Shown here: positions 29,581-38,733 of the stretch, piece by piece
How the letters are laid out: each line of letters begins with the position of its first letter
Numbering within the stretch: the first letter of the stretch is position 1
From: a candidate division WWE3 bacterium RAAC2_WWE3_1
GTDB taxonomy: Bacteria > Patescibacteriota > WWE3 > UBA101185 > UBA10185
Length of the DNA: 64,000 nt
Reading direction: 5' to 3'
NCBI GenBank assembly: GCA_000503835.1
Contig: CP006914.1
Coordinates: 465,680-529,679, forward strand
Position numbers and translations under genes: made by a program
Notes under the pieces: model-generated
Told to the model about the DNA's origin: nothing
Database searches by the model: none
What the model saw: the letters and a program-made list of their open reading frames with translations, nothing else

Positions 29581-30153
29581 CTAGGGTCTTCTAACAAGGA
29601 CACATGTGGAACTTGTAGCTTCACACAACTCTGACGTACATTCTGTATATAACGTATCCCCGAGTTTTACTTCCCTGTTTATATCAAAATTTGCTGAAAC
29701 GAATTCCATATTGTGACTCTTGAATAACGCCGTATCTTCGGGTAAACACCTTAGGGATACTGACCCCATCTCCTGATCTTCACCTGTCCTCACATCTACA
29801 CTACCATTATTTAAACCTGTAATGACAAAAAAGTCGTATTTCGTGTCAACTGGTTCCGCAGGATTTTCATTGGAAACCCAACGTTTCCTAAGCCACTCTT
29901 GGAATTCAATTGCGGCTTGGTTCTTTTGGGAAGTTCCTGTCACAGCCCCAAGGTCGGGATCCATTACATATGAGTTCGTATACACTGAGAACGCCGTACT
30001 TTGGTCGGAACTATTGTCTTCCTGAGAAGTCAAATCACTAAGCCCTAAAGATAAACTTCCATTGTCAATAAAATAAGTAAACAACAAGAACACTAACCCA
30101 ACAATTAAAAAGATTAGAAATGTTACCAAGGCAACTTTCTTGAGTATTTTCAT
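29581..30153 (-). CDS. Membrane-anchored hypothetical protein
   Basis: Track ORF with start taken at MKILKK; an N-terminal TM helix then a soluble domain. Confidence 0.5.
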   Translation of the reverse strand: MKILKKVALVTFLIFLIVGLVFLLFTYFIDNGSLSLGLSDLTSQEDNSSDQSTAFSVYTNSYVMDPDLGAVTGTSQKNQAAIEFQEWLRKRWVSNENPAEPVDTKYDFFVITGLNNGSVDVRTGEDQEMGSVSLRCLPEDTALFKSHNMEFVSANFDINREVKLGDTLYTECTSELCEATSSTCVLVRRP

Positions 30154-30324
30154 GGTACTAGCACATTCTACACACAAAGAACCTGCAAATTCAATTGCAA
30201 AATACGTACTAAATCTTAATATCTTTTAGCCGCCGCTCATCTACGTCTTACATTTCTGTGGTTAATATAGAAATTCCTTTTAGATTTTCCAAGATTGATT
30301 AGCGTAATTGGCAAAAACCGTGTT

Positions 30325-30365
30325 ATTTAAAAAAATGCCGGGAAAATAAACGGATTCCCGGCATT
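30325..30365 (-). terminator. Rho-independent terminator (11-bp perfect stem AATGCCGGGAA/TTCCCGGCATT plus U6)
   Basis: Read from the sequence, downstream of the 30390..31043 gene on the minus strand. Confidence 0.6.
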
Positions 30366-30389
30366 ATTGTAGAACAAAACTACGGGATA

Positions 30390-31043
30390 CTAATTTGTAT
30401 CACCAAAAACAGGCGCCTCGGAAGACATATCGAACTGAGGGCAGTAGGGTTCTGTGTTGGGATTACCTATAATGGAGGCAAACTGAGACCAGCGTTCTTC
30501 CCTGGTTTTTTCATTGACAATTTTGCCATCGATGATTATCGTAAGACCGTACCCCTCACTTAGCTTCTCAAATGCCCACACACAAACATCGTCCGGGTTT
30601 ACTCTTTCCGCCGGACCCGACCAGCTATCAGTAGCCCGACTATACACGAACTCACCATCCAGCAACTGAACAACCTCATCGCCTTCCCGCGGTAGGTGTG
30701 GAAACGAGATGTCCTCCGACCAAAACCAGCTTCCAACGAAACTGATAAACACCCCGACCTCATCGACACTCCATTTTCTCAAACTCTGCGTAGCAGTTTG
30801 GGTCAACGTTGGGTAAGGAGTCGGAGATATCGTTGGTGTACTCGTATTCGTTGGTCTTACCGTGGAAGTTCGTGTTGCAGTTAAAGTCGCAGTCAGTGTT
30901 GGTGGTATTGAGGTGGTTGACGGCAACACTTCGACAATTGCGGTATTTTCAATACCATAGCCATAAGAACGGTTGGCTATGAGATAAACCACCAACAGCA
31001 CCAATAAAAGGATGAGCAAAATCTTAACCATCCTGGCGTTCAT
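30390..31043 (-). CDS. Membrane-anchored secreted hypothetical protein with a Thr/Pro-rich linker
   Basis: N-terminal TM segment, a TPT-rich linker and a Trp-rich C-terminal domain. Confidence 0.55.
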   Translation of the reverse strand: MNARMVKILLILLLVLLVVYLIANRSYGYGIENTAIVEVLPSTTSIPPTLTATLTATRTSTVRPTNTSTPTISPTPYPTLTQTATQSLRKWSVDEVGVFISFVGSWFWSEDISFPHLPREGDEVVQLLDGEFVYSRATDSWSGPAERVNPDDVCVWAFEKLSEGYGLTIIIDGKIVNEKTREERWSQFASIIGNPNTEPYCPQFDMSSEAPVFGDTN

Positions 31044-31151
31044 TTCCTCCTCCTTCTTCTTATGAGTTTTAGGACTGATTGTCCACCGAACCTGATTAGC
31101 CGAATACTAGCACAGACATCACAAAATGACAACGTGTCCCTGCAGTAACAA

Positions 31152-31197
31152 CAAAATGCCATCCCATAACTCAGTATACTGAATCATAGAATGGCAT
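31152..31197. promoter_or_regulatory. Nested palindrome: 9-bp inverted repeat AAATGCCAT/ATGGCATTT enclosing the perfect 12-bp palindrome TCAGTATACTGA. Terminator and/or operator site
   Basis: Read from the sequence. A U-rich tail follows on the minus strand after the stop of 31271..31903; it lies ~110 nt upstream of the 30390..31043 gene. Confidence 0.45.
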
Positions 31198-31270
31198 TTA
31201 AAAACTCACGAGAGAGGGAGCAAAATCGAAAAAGGAGAGATAATTTGTCTCCGCCTCGCATTCGCACTTC

Positions 31271-31903
31271 CTATCCCGTTAACGTTCTTGGCCACTGTTG
31301 TTTTCTCGAAGGCGTCGGGCAAAATTTGTTAATATCCACCGACTCTTCAATCATTTCTGCAGCAGCTTTCAGCTCCACATAAAGCGCGGACCAATCGATA
31401 CCCAGGGTCATGAGTTCATCAGCAATAGCGTCGTACCCACCGGGGTATGAATATGCTACAACTGACTGGTCAAACCCCGTATGCTCGGGGGCCAGAGTAC
31501 CGTCCGACATTATGTCGAGCCAGATTGTGTCTGGTTTGAGCATAATTTTGAACGCCGACACAGCACCGATGACAGGGTCACTTTTACCCGGAAGGCCCCG
31601 TTTGCTGAATCTTTCCGCAAAGTTATTAAACTCGGCCTCCAAAAGAAAAGTTCCGCCAGTCAGCCTAACCTGCGATGTCCAGGTTATACGGAGCACCTTA
31701 AGTGGATCACACTCCGTCGTCCACCTCCCCGCGGGGCGAACAGAATTTCCTTTGGCCTGGAATTGGGAACCAGCGTCTTTGGCTTCTACCACAGGTTGTT
31801 CCCTTCCCGATAACGGTACGGGACTCCATGTCGTAAAGAGCAGAAGGAACAGCAAAAAAACCCGCATTGCGCCTAAGAAAAGGTTATTCTTTTTCATTTC
31901 CAA
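31271..31903 (-). CDS. Secreted hypothetical protein
   Basis: Signal peptide-like N-terminus (LFLLLFTTWSPVPLSG); no recognised domain. Confidence 0.5.
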   Translation of the reverse strand: MEMKKNNLFLGAMRVFLLFLLLFTTWSPVPLSGREQPVVEAKDAGSQFQAKGNSVRPAGRWTTECDPLKVLRITWTSQVRLTGGTFLLEAEFNNFAERFSKRGLPGKSDPVIGAVSAFKIMLKPDTIWLDIMSDGTLAPEHTGFDQSVVAYSYPGGYDAIADELMTLGIDWSALYVELKAAAEMIEESVDINKFCPTPSRKQQWPRTLTG

Positions 31904-32164
31904 CTCTCCTCTCTCTTTCTCGTAATCCGATTATTATTCGGAAATTGGATGGCTGGATTATACTACTATTTGGCCAAAATGTCGAAATTCATGAGTTCCG
32001 GAAAAAGTGAAGCCCTCTGATAAAAAAAACGGAGAAATAAACCTACTCTCTTACGATACTGCACGTTTCTATCCACGAAGGAAACAGGTTTGATAACGCA
32101 ACCGAAGCTTCATATTCTGAAAGTGTTAGTCGGATAACACAACCCGCGGATATGGCAATTTAGC

Positions 32165-32202
32165 ACATAAAAAATGCCGAGATATGGGGAGAATATCTCG
32201 GC
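32165..32202 (-). terminator. Rho-independent terminator (10-bp perfect stem GCCGAGATAT/ATATCTCGGC plus U-tract)
   Basis: Read from the sequence, directly downstream of the 32210..32731 stop on the minus strand. Confidence 0.6.
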
Positions 32203-32209
32203 AAGTATA

Positions 32210-32713
32210 TCAATCAATTAAAAATTGTCGGCAATTGGGTTTCTTGTCAGTTCCAAGAAGATCGTTAAGGTGTCGCACATAGTCTTCCCTGCTTAACACC
32301 TCTATTACTTCTCCACCGACGTTAAGATGTCTCCCGTAGTCCAGTTTAAAACCGTACTCGTAAAGCCATCCGCACATGTATTCGGGTGTTATGCTGTCCA
32401 CCTCGATAACATGCGAAATCCATTCCGCACAATTTCCCGTACACCCCATCAAGATTGCAAACGTGCCCATTTTAACGTCAGATCCCGGGTAATAACCAGG
32501 GTCTCGAAAGATTGGGTACACAAAGGTGTCCACGAAGAACTCGGCTTCGTATTTTGTCCATGCGCTTTCGACCGCGGTTGAATCCGATACTGGATCCTTT
32601 GCAAAAGAGCCGTCCCCAATATTTAACCCCGAGTAATTGCCCAAAACAGCGTTATTACCAAAAGGAACCATCGATATGGTGAGAACAACGACAAGTACTA
32701 CCAGCCCTTTCAT
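32210..32713 (-). CDS. Secreted hypothetical protein
   Basis: Start taken at MKGLVVLVVVL (signal peptide); Cys-containing soluble domain. Confidence 0.5.
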   Translation of the reverse strand: MKGLVVLVVVLTISMVPFGNNAVLGNYSGLNIGDGSFAKDPVSDSTAVESAWTKYEAEFFVDTFVYPIFRDPGYYPGSDVKMGTFAILMGCTGNCAEWISHVIEVDSITPEYMCGWLYEYGFKLDYGRHLNVGGEVIEVLSREDYVRHLNDLLGTDKKPNCRQFLID

Positions 32714-32885
32714 CTCAGTCCCTCCTCTCATTTCATAGTTATCTTATTTGTTGGTTTTTAGGGATTCTTCACTAGCAGTATAATATTTGGTTCATAAAAT
32801 TACAACTACAGGTTACCGCGTTTAATCAGGTGTGGAAAGCAAAAATGGGCAACAATGCAATAAAAATCAAAATACCGACCGGAAG

Positions 32886-35054
32886 TTAAGCTATACTGTC
32901 CACCGACTCCTTATCCCCATCTTTTTCACTATCTTCCCCATTGCCGCTCGCCACAGCCACAGGATTCTTCCAACTCTTCCAGTCACAATCCGGGTATCTA
33001 CTACACCCATAAAACTCTTTCCACTTAGCTTTTTTCCTAACCACATCGCCCTCCCCGCACTTCGGACATTTCATCCCAACCTTGTCCATGTATGGCTTGG
33101 TATTTTTACACTTGGGATAATTACTGCAGGCCAAAAACTTGCCGAATCGACCCTGTTTCAGCACCATCACACCGTCTTCGCACTTATCACATTTTCCGAA
33201 ATCTTCGTCCTCTCCCCCCGCACCGTTCAAAGGTTCTAAAGGTTTAGCATATTTGCAATCAGGATAGCCCGAACAGCTTAAAAACTTTCCGAACTTACCC
33301 AGTTTAAAAACCAAAACGCGGCCGCATTCCGGGCATTTTTCTTCGCTCTCCCCCAAATTCGTAACGTCCCTTTTATTTAATTCTTTGTCCTTTTCGCTGA
33401 TTTTTTTCTCAAACGGTTTATAAAATTCGCGGATAACCGGCACCCACTCCACTTTTCCTTCTGCCACTTTGTCCAGGCTCTCTTCCATCAAGGCCGTAAA
33501 GTTGTAATCAACAATCTCCGGAAAATGCGCCACTAAAAGGTCAACGACCACATAGGCTACGTCGTTCGGATAGAAATATCTGCCTTCGCGTAAAACATAT
33601 TTACGATCCTGAATGGTGGAAAGTGTAGGTGCATAAGTTGATGGGCGACCGACACCCAATTCTTCCATTTTTTTAATCAGACTTGCATCGTTATATCTAG
33701 CCGGGGGCTGGGTAAAATGCTGTTCATTTTTTATCTCCAAAAGCTTCATTTTTGTTCCTTCGGCTAATTCAGGAAGGATACTAGAGGTTTCCTCTTCGTC
33801 CTCTTTCACTCCTACCATCTTTGATACGGCCAACCACCCCTCGAACAACACAACAGACCCCGAAGTCTTGAAAATATACCCATCGCCCGAACCTATAGAC
33901 AATGATGTCTGTTCATATATAGATGGATTCATCTGGCATTCTAGACTTCTCAACCAGATTATCGAGTATGTTTTGAACTCATCTCCTGCCAGCCCTATAC
34001 TTTTCGAGGGTATCGCATGTGCCGAAGTAGGACGAATTGCTTCGTGTGCTTCCTGGGCATTAGCTGACTTTGTCTTATATAGGTTAGGTGTACTTGGTAA
34101 ATACCCCTCTCCGAACCGTTTTTTTATCAGTTCCCGTGCTTCATTGATAAACTGTGGGGAAAGGCTCAGTGAATCTGTTCTGTGGTAAGTTATATAACCT
34201 TTTTCAAACAAACCCTGAGCTGCCCGCATGGTTTTTTTGGCGTTAAACCCATATATATTGGCCATTGCCTGTTGGAGAGTGGAGGTCTTGAAAGGAGGAT
34301 AGGGGTTCTTTTTTCTTTCGGATTTTTTCAGGGAAGTAACGGCGTAAGTTCCTTTTAGGGCTCCGGCTTTAATTTCCTCTGCCTGCTCTCCATTACTTAT
34401 TTCGACTTTTTTTCCTTTAATTTCAGATAACTCCGCCCAAATCTTTTTTTTGCTTCCGTTTTGAAATTCTCCCAGAACGCCCCAGTACTCTTCGGGGTTA
34501 AACGCGTGCCTTTCTCTTTCACGTTCCACAACCAATCGCACGGCGACGCTTTGAACACGGCCTGCCGATAAACCGTACATAACTTTTTTCCATAATAAAG
34601 GGGACAATTTGTAGCCTACCAACCTGTCCAGCACACGGCGTGCCTGCTGAGCATCAACCAAATCCAAATCTATTTCGCCGGGATTTTTAAACGCCCCGTC
34701 AATTGCTTCTTTAGTTAATTCGTGAAAAACCACACGTGAAAAAACTCTGGTGTCCTTTTTACCACGCAAAAGCTCCTCCAGGTGCCACGCTATCGCCTCC
34801 CCTTCTCTGTCCGGATCTGTCGCCAACACAATTTCTTCCGCCTCTTTCGCAGTTTTTTTCAGATCGGTCAGAACTTTTTTAGCTTTAGAGGGAACCTCAT
34901 ATACGGGCGCAAAATCTTTTTCCACATCTACACCCAGGCCGCTTTTAGGAAGATCCCTAATGTGGCCCATCGAGGCTTTTATGCTGTAAGACTGGGGTAA
35001 AATCTTGGACAGCGTCTTTGCTTTTGTAGGCGACTCAACAATTACCAGTTTCAT
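32886..35054 (-). CDS. topA: DNA topoisomerase I with C-terminal zinc-ribbon repeats
   Basis: Toprim N-terminus (MKLVIVESPTKAKT), an active-site Tyr region and three C4 zinc ribbons (CPECG...CSGYPDC; CDKCEDG...CSNYPKC; CPKCGEG...CSRYPDC). Confidence 0.92.
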   Translation of the reverse strand: MKLVIVESPTKAKTLSKILPQSYSIKASMGHIRDLPKSGLGVDVEKDFAPVYEVPSKAKKVLTDLKKTAKEAEEIVLATDPDREGEAIAWHLEELLRGKKDTRVFSRVVFHELTKEAIDGAFKNPGEIDLDLVDAQQARRVLDRLVGYKLSPLLWKKVMYGLSAGRVQSVAVRLVVERERERHAFNPEEYWGVLGEFQNGSKKKIWAELSEIKGKKVEISNGEQAEEIKAGALKGTYAVTSLKKSERKKNPYPPFKTSTLQQAMANIYGFNAKKTMRAAQGLFEKGYITYHRTDSLSLSPQFINEARELIKKRFGEGYLPSTPNLYKTKSANAQEAHEAIRPTSAHAIPSKSIGLAGDEFKTYSIIWLRSLECQMNPSIYEQTSLSIGSGDGYIFKTSGSVVLFEGWLAVSKMVGVKEDEEETSSILPELAEGTKMKLLEIKNEQHFTQPPARYNDASLIKKMEELGVGRPSTYAPTLSTIQDRKYVLREGRYFYPNDVAYVVVDLLVAHFPEIVDYNFTALMEESLDKVAEGKVEWVPVIREFYKPFEKKISEKDKELNKRDVTNLGESEEKCPECGRVLVFKLGKFGKFLSCSGYPDCKYAKPLEPLNGAGGEDEDFGKCDKCEDGVMVLKQGRFGKFLACSNYPKCKNTKPYMDKVGMKCPKCGEGDVVRKKAKWKEFYGCSRYPDCDWKSWKNPVAVASGNGEDSEKDGDKESVDSIA

Positions 35055-35132
35055 AAGCAGTTATAGAATAACATTTTTGAGTATAGCACAAGCCCGTTGC
35101 CTGACTCAGAAACCCCGCAATAGTGGTAAAAT

Positions 35133-35675
35133 ATGTGCATGGCAATTAGAAAAATCGTAACAATACCTGATCCGGTGCTTCGCGTAAAAGCCAAAAAGGT
35201 GAGCAGTGTCGGGGAAGAGGAAAAAAAGCTGGCTCAGGACCTGCTGGACACGTTAAAGGTAGCAAAAGACCCGGAAGGCGCCGGGATAGCCGCAACTCAG
35301 ATCGGCGTTTCCAAAAAGATGTGCGTCGTAAGAAATTTTTTCCCGGACCCTGCCAAAAATGGCGAGTACGCCTATGAGGATTATGTTCTGATTAATCCTA
35401 AAATAGGCAGTGCGTCCAAAGAAACAGAAATTGACTATGAGGGGTGTCTGAGTGTCCCAAATACATACGGTAAAGTTGAACGCTACAAAAAAATAAAGGT
35501 CGACGCTTTGGATATTTCAGGAGAAAGAATAAAAATAAAAGCCCAGGATTTTTTTGCAAGGACAATTCAACATGAAATAGACCACCTCGAGGGTATTCTT
35601 TTTACCGACAGAGTCATAGGAAACGTACTTACAGAACAGGAAATGGATGTCATGTACGCAGAGGAGGAAAAGTGA
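35133..35675 (+). CDS. def: Peptide deformylase
   Basis: GIAATQIG, EGCLSVP and QHEIDHLEG motifs. TGgTAAAAT directly upstream suggests a near-leaderless start at 35139. Confidence 0.9.
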   Translation: MCMAIRKIVTIPDPVLRVKAKKVSSVGEEEKKLAQDLLDTLKVAKDPEGAGIAATQIGVSKKMCVVRNFFPDPAKNGEYAYEDYVLINPKIGSASKETEIDYEGCLSVPNTYGKVERYKKIKVDALDISGERIKIKAQDFFARTIQHEIDHLEGILFTDRVIGNVLTEQEMDVMYAEEEK

Positions 35676-36610
35676 AAAAACTGAAATTGGCCTTTTTTGG
35701 AACCTCGGACAGGTCGCTTGCCATTCTGGAAAACCTTCATAACAATTTTTCTTTGGTTCTGTGTGTGACTAAAAGCGATACAAAAGTAGGAAGGAACAGG
35801 GAACTAAGAGAAACCGCCGTTAAAAAATGGGCACGGGAACAGGGCATTAAGTACGTAGAAATAAGGTCGCTGAGAGATTATGACCTGAGAACGGTTCTGG
35901 AAAACCTTCAAAAATACAAACCCGACTACGGCGTAGTCGCCGATTTTAGCTACATTATCCCCGAAGATATAATAAAATTTTTCGCGGGAAAATTAATAAA
36001 CATCCACTTCTCTCTCCTGCCTAAATACCGCGGTGCGAGCCCCGTACAATTTGCGATTTTAAACGGGGATGAAACAACGGGTGTTACCTACCAACTTATT
36101 AGCAAACGTATGGATGCGGGTGATATCCTTAGCCAAATAGGTTATAAGATGAACCAAACCGAAACTTCTGGCGAACTCTATGAAACTCTTTTTCACGTGG
36201 CCGCAGATAAACTCCCGGATGTTATCCTCGGTCACTATTCGGGAAGCATAAAACCCATGCCTCAAAACGAGGATAACGCGACGTATACCTTTTCCAGAAC
36301 CCACCCCCACAACACATTTATATTTAAGGAAGACGGCTTGATTAATTGGAAAAACGACCCAAAAAGTATCGACCAAAAAATAAGGGCGTTTAACCCATGG
36401 CCCATTGCCTGGACTTATCTAAAGGACATCCAGGAAGCCGGGTGCCTTACCCGGGGAAAAATTAAGCTTAGAGAACACATCGACGGCGAGTTAACCGTAA
36501 AAATATACTCGGCACATTTGGAAAAGGACAAATTATCTATAGACGAGTTGCAGGTTGAAGGTAAAAAAATAATGTCCTGGAAAGAGTTTGAGAACGGGTA
36601 TGTAGTCTAA
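35672..36610 (+). CDS. fmt: Methionyl-tRNA formyltransferase
   Basis: Formyltransferase N-terminal domain (FFGTSD..., NIHFSLLPKYRGASP) plus a C-terminal domain. Overlaps def by 4 nt. Confidence 0.9.
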   Translation: MKKLKLAFFGTSDRSLAILENLHNNFSLVLCVTKSDTKVGRNRELRETAVKKWAREQGIKYVEIRSLRDYDLRTVLENLQKYKPDYGVVADFSYIIPEDIIKFFAGKLINIHFSLLPKYRGASPVQFAILNGDETTGVTYQLISKRMDAGDILSQIGYKMNQTETSGELYETLFHVAADKLPDVILGHYSGSIKPMPQNEDNATYTFSRTHPHNTFIFKEDGLINWKNDPKSIDQKIRAFNPWPIAWTYLKDIQEAGCLTRGKIKLREHIDGELTVKIYSAHLEKDKLSIDELQVEGKKIMSWKEFENGYVV

Positions 36611-36855
36611 ACCCGAGCTTGCGCTGTTGCCTGTACCAAAGCCAAATTTGCTTCTTTTATATCCTTTTTAAGTCTTTTTAAGCAGGATGCGCAGATGGTC
36701 ACTCTGACCATTCGTCCGTTTATCTCAAGCCTTTTGCTTCTTAAATTAGCTTTTCTCCTGGTCAGGGTCCTTCGGGTAACACGATTACCTACCCCTCTCG
36801 GGACTAAGTTTCCTTGCTGATAGGTTTTGCCGCAAAAATCACACATTCTTGACAT
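36607..36855 (-). CDS. rpmB: 50S ribosomal protein L28 (with a C-terminal extension)
   Basis: MSRMCDFCGKTYQQGNLV... is L28-like. The start is taken at the internal Met of track ORF 36607..36879. Confidence 0.75.
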   Translation of the reverse strand: MSRMCDFCGKTYQQGNLVPRGVGNRVTRRTLTRRKANLRSKRLEINGRMVRVTICASCLKRLKKDIKEANLALVQATAQARV

Positions 36856-36926
36856 AACGTAGTGAATTAAATCATACAAGCCGTTGTTATGTCAACGACA
36901 GAAAAATAGAGGGTATGCTGAAGATT

Positions 36927-36937
36927 GGGGGGGGGGG
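36927..36937. repeat. Homopolymeric G11 tract (C11 on the rpmB coding strand) ~70 nt upstream of rpmB
   Basis: attGGGGGGGGGGGcgg read directly from the sequence. Confidence 0.7.
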
Positions 36938-37321
36938 CGGAAAGACTAAACCGGAGGTTGTGAAATAAATATCATTTTTTCACAGATCCCCCGGCTTTAT
37001 AAGGCAAATACCATTTTCATCTGTACATACAACGATCCACTGTATCTTTGAGGTCTTTTATGGAGTGTTTTTGCGGAAGGTTATTTTTACACCTGTCGCA
37101 ATTCCTCCAACTGGGACAGCCTAAACAATTGTCGACCTCGATAGCGTCCGAAAGCGAAACTTGCCACAGAGCCATTCCTCTCGGGTAGTTTCGTGCGGAA
37201 ACTTTCGTACCACTCACACTACCTATACTTGGATCACCGCCCTTACTGTTCATTACGTCTCTCCTTTTAAGAACTGAACGGATGAAAAAAGGTATTAGGG
37301 CAATTCTATAACGTGGTTTGA

Positions 37322-37366
37322 GGTTTTGTAAACAGCAGGTTGTGGGTTTAATCCCCCACCTGGGTT
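37322..37366 (+). pseudogene. Degenerate 3' fragment of tRNA-Thr(UGU), anticodon arm through T-arm. Possible att-site remnant
   Basis: 25-nt identity (ttttgtaaacagcaggttgtgggtt) with the intact tRNA-Thr at 38223-38297. The T-loop is mutated (TTTAATC versus TTCGATC), with an extra C and no acceptor 5' half. Confidence 0.5.
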
Positions 37367-37379
37367 GAAGTTCAGCGCA

Positions 37380-37508
37380 ATGGATTTTATCTTGGGCACG
37401 GACGGTATATACTACTTCCTAGAGAACAATCCGACAGGTTCGTGGATTTTTGTTCAAAATGGAGGTGGGCACTCTGTAGCCCAAGAAATTGCTAAGCTTC
37501 TAAGTTAA
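37380..37508 (+). CDS. Possible small ORF (42 aa, MDFILGTDGIYYFLENNPTGSWIFVQNGGGHSVAQEIAKLLS), immediately followed by a strong terminator
   Basis: Hand-translated. Not in the ORF track because it is under 60 aa. Confidence 0.25.
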   Translation: MDFILGTDGIYYFLENNPTGSWIFVQNGGGHSVAQEIAKLLS

Positions 37509-37513
37509 CAGCA

Positions 37514-37562
37514 AGGCCTGCATAATGCATGAAATTTGCACTACTTGCAGGCCTCTTTTAAA
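37514..37562 (+). terminator. Rho-independent terminator (9-bp perfect stem AGGCCTGCA/TGCAGGCCT plus T-tract)
   Basis: Read from the sequence; followed by CTTTTAAATAAA. Confidence 0.55.
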
Positions 37563-37571
37563 TAAACTTGT

Positions 37572-38090
37572 ATGAGAATCAAAATAGTCAATTTCCTTCT
37601 TTTGTTGCTATTTAAAGTGGATCAAAAAGTCAGATACCGCGGAAAGTACGGTGTCTTACCTGTCAAAATTACAGACGTTATTACCACAAACATTCTGAAG
37701 TTTTTACTTGGCGTTCTCGGGACGGATTTTATTTGTAAATTAGGTGAGTCGGGTGTTAATCGGTTCATAACACTATCCTGCCACTCGAGAGACCTAAAAT
37801 TCATCGAAAGCATTTGCGAATCCGACGAAATATTAAAAAGTACACCAGACAGAGAAAAAGTCGCCATATTAATTGATAATGCTCTCGTACGCGGCGGGAA
37901 AAAACAACGTTTCGGTGAAATTATGCAGATTCACAAGAACATTGATGGTAAGAGCGTATCCGAACCACTTCCCCTTCAAGATCCTAAGAACGTGAATAGA
38001 ATCAGAGCTGATTTCGGCCTTTCCCAAACCTTAGAAGAACACATAAAATGGGCGAACGAGCAATTTGAAAATATGAAAGTACCGGATTAA
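37572..38090 (+). CDS. Hypothetical protein (172 aa) within a tRNA-flanked islet
   Basis: Track ORF. It starts 10 nt after the terminator and the first ~35 codons are AT-rich, so the true start may be downstream. Confidence 0.35.
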   Translation: MRIKIVNFLLLLLFKVDQKVRYRGKYGVLPVKITDVITTNILKFLLGVLGTDFICKLGESGVNRFITLSCHSRDLKFIESICESDEILKSTPDREKVAILIDNALVRGGKKQRFGEIMQIHKNIDGKSVSEPLPLQDPKNVNRIRADFGLSQTLEEHIKWANEQFENMKVPD

Positions 38091-38169
38091 ATCTAACCCC
38101 CTCATTCAACTGCTTATGCTTTAAAAACTATTGTGTTAAAATCGACTAGATTCACTTTTAAATAGCCGG

Positions 38170-38230
38170 GTCTTTGGCTCGCTTCGTTCGCCAAAGTCAG
38201 TAGTCTTTGGCTCGCTTCGTTCGCCAAAGT
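38170..38230 (+). repeat. Tandem 28-nt direct repeat (period 33 nt) GTCTTTGGCTCGCTTCGTTCGCCAAAGT in the tRNA-Thr leader; the second copy overlaps the tRNA 5' acceptor strand
   Basis: Two identical copies read from the sequence. Each forms the hairpin CTTTGGC-N11-GCCAAAG, which mimics the tRNA acceptor stem pairing. Confidence 0.7.
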
Positions 38231-38297
38231 AGCTCAATGGTAGAGCAGCTGTTTTGTAAACAGCAGGTTGTGGGTTCGATCCCCACCTTTGGCTCCA
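38223..38297 (+). tRNA. tRNA-Thr (anticodon UGU)
   Basis: GCCAAAG-TA-GCTC-AATGGTA-GAGC-A-GCTGT-TTTGTAA-ACAGC-AGGTT-GTGGG-TTCGATC-CCCAC-CTTTGGC-T-CCA is a full cloverleaf; the CCA end is encoded. Confidence 0.9.
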
Positions 38298-38358
38298 TTT
38301 AAGTTTTTCCCCTGTTTGTGCTAAAATCCCCCTAAACCTATAGAAAAAGGAGAGAAAA

Positions 38359-38640
38359 ATGACCCTAAGAATAGCGGTACCAAAGGATAAGCCGACGGTA
38401 GAAGTAAGAGCGTTCAGCACTGTTCAGGAAGCTGAAGACTTCGTCCAGACACCCTCGGATCAGCTACCGCGCAATCACGTGTGGTATATAAGATACGCAA
38501 ATACTGTGGAGGAACTTAAAAAACATTTTCAGGAGTTTTCGGACATGGATTTATACTTCAACTTCGTGCTTAAACGAGGCAACGAACTCGAGTATACCCG
38601 CCAGGCTACAAGGGCAAGAAAATACCTGGAAAACGGCTAG
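38359..38640 (+). CDS. Hypothetical small protein (93 aa)
   Basis: Strong RBS AAAAGGAGAGAAAAATG and a GCTAAAAT -10-like element ~38 nt upstream. Confidence 0.5.
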   Translation: MTLRIAVPKDKPTVEVRAFSTVQEAEDFVQTPSDQLPRNHVWYIRYANTVEELKKHFQEFSDMDLYFNFVLKRGNELEYTRQATRARKYLENG

Positions 38641-38733
38641 CCGAAACCACAAAGGACAAAAACTTTGGTTTTTGTACCCCTTGCCAAATTAAACACTCGG
38701 TACAATCCAGAAACGACTGAAAGGAGGCAGGAG

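Noticed and set aside
31191-31382. 63-aa plus-strand ORF starting inside the palindromic element
   Set aside because: It begins within the inverted repeat/terminator structure, has no RBS and is antisense to the intergenic region of a minus-strand gene series. Likely non-coding.
37017-37253. 78-aa minus-strand ORF in the rpmB upstream spacer
   Set aside because: No RBS, an unusual composition, and it lies in the region carrying the poly-G tract and the tRNA fragment. Probably spurious.
38136-38420. 94-aa minus-strand ORF
   Set aside because: It overlaps tRNA-Thr(UGU) and the tandem leader repeat. Its repetitive translation (FGERSEPKTTDFGERSEPKT) merely mirrors the DNA repeat. Spurious.
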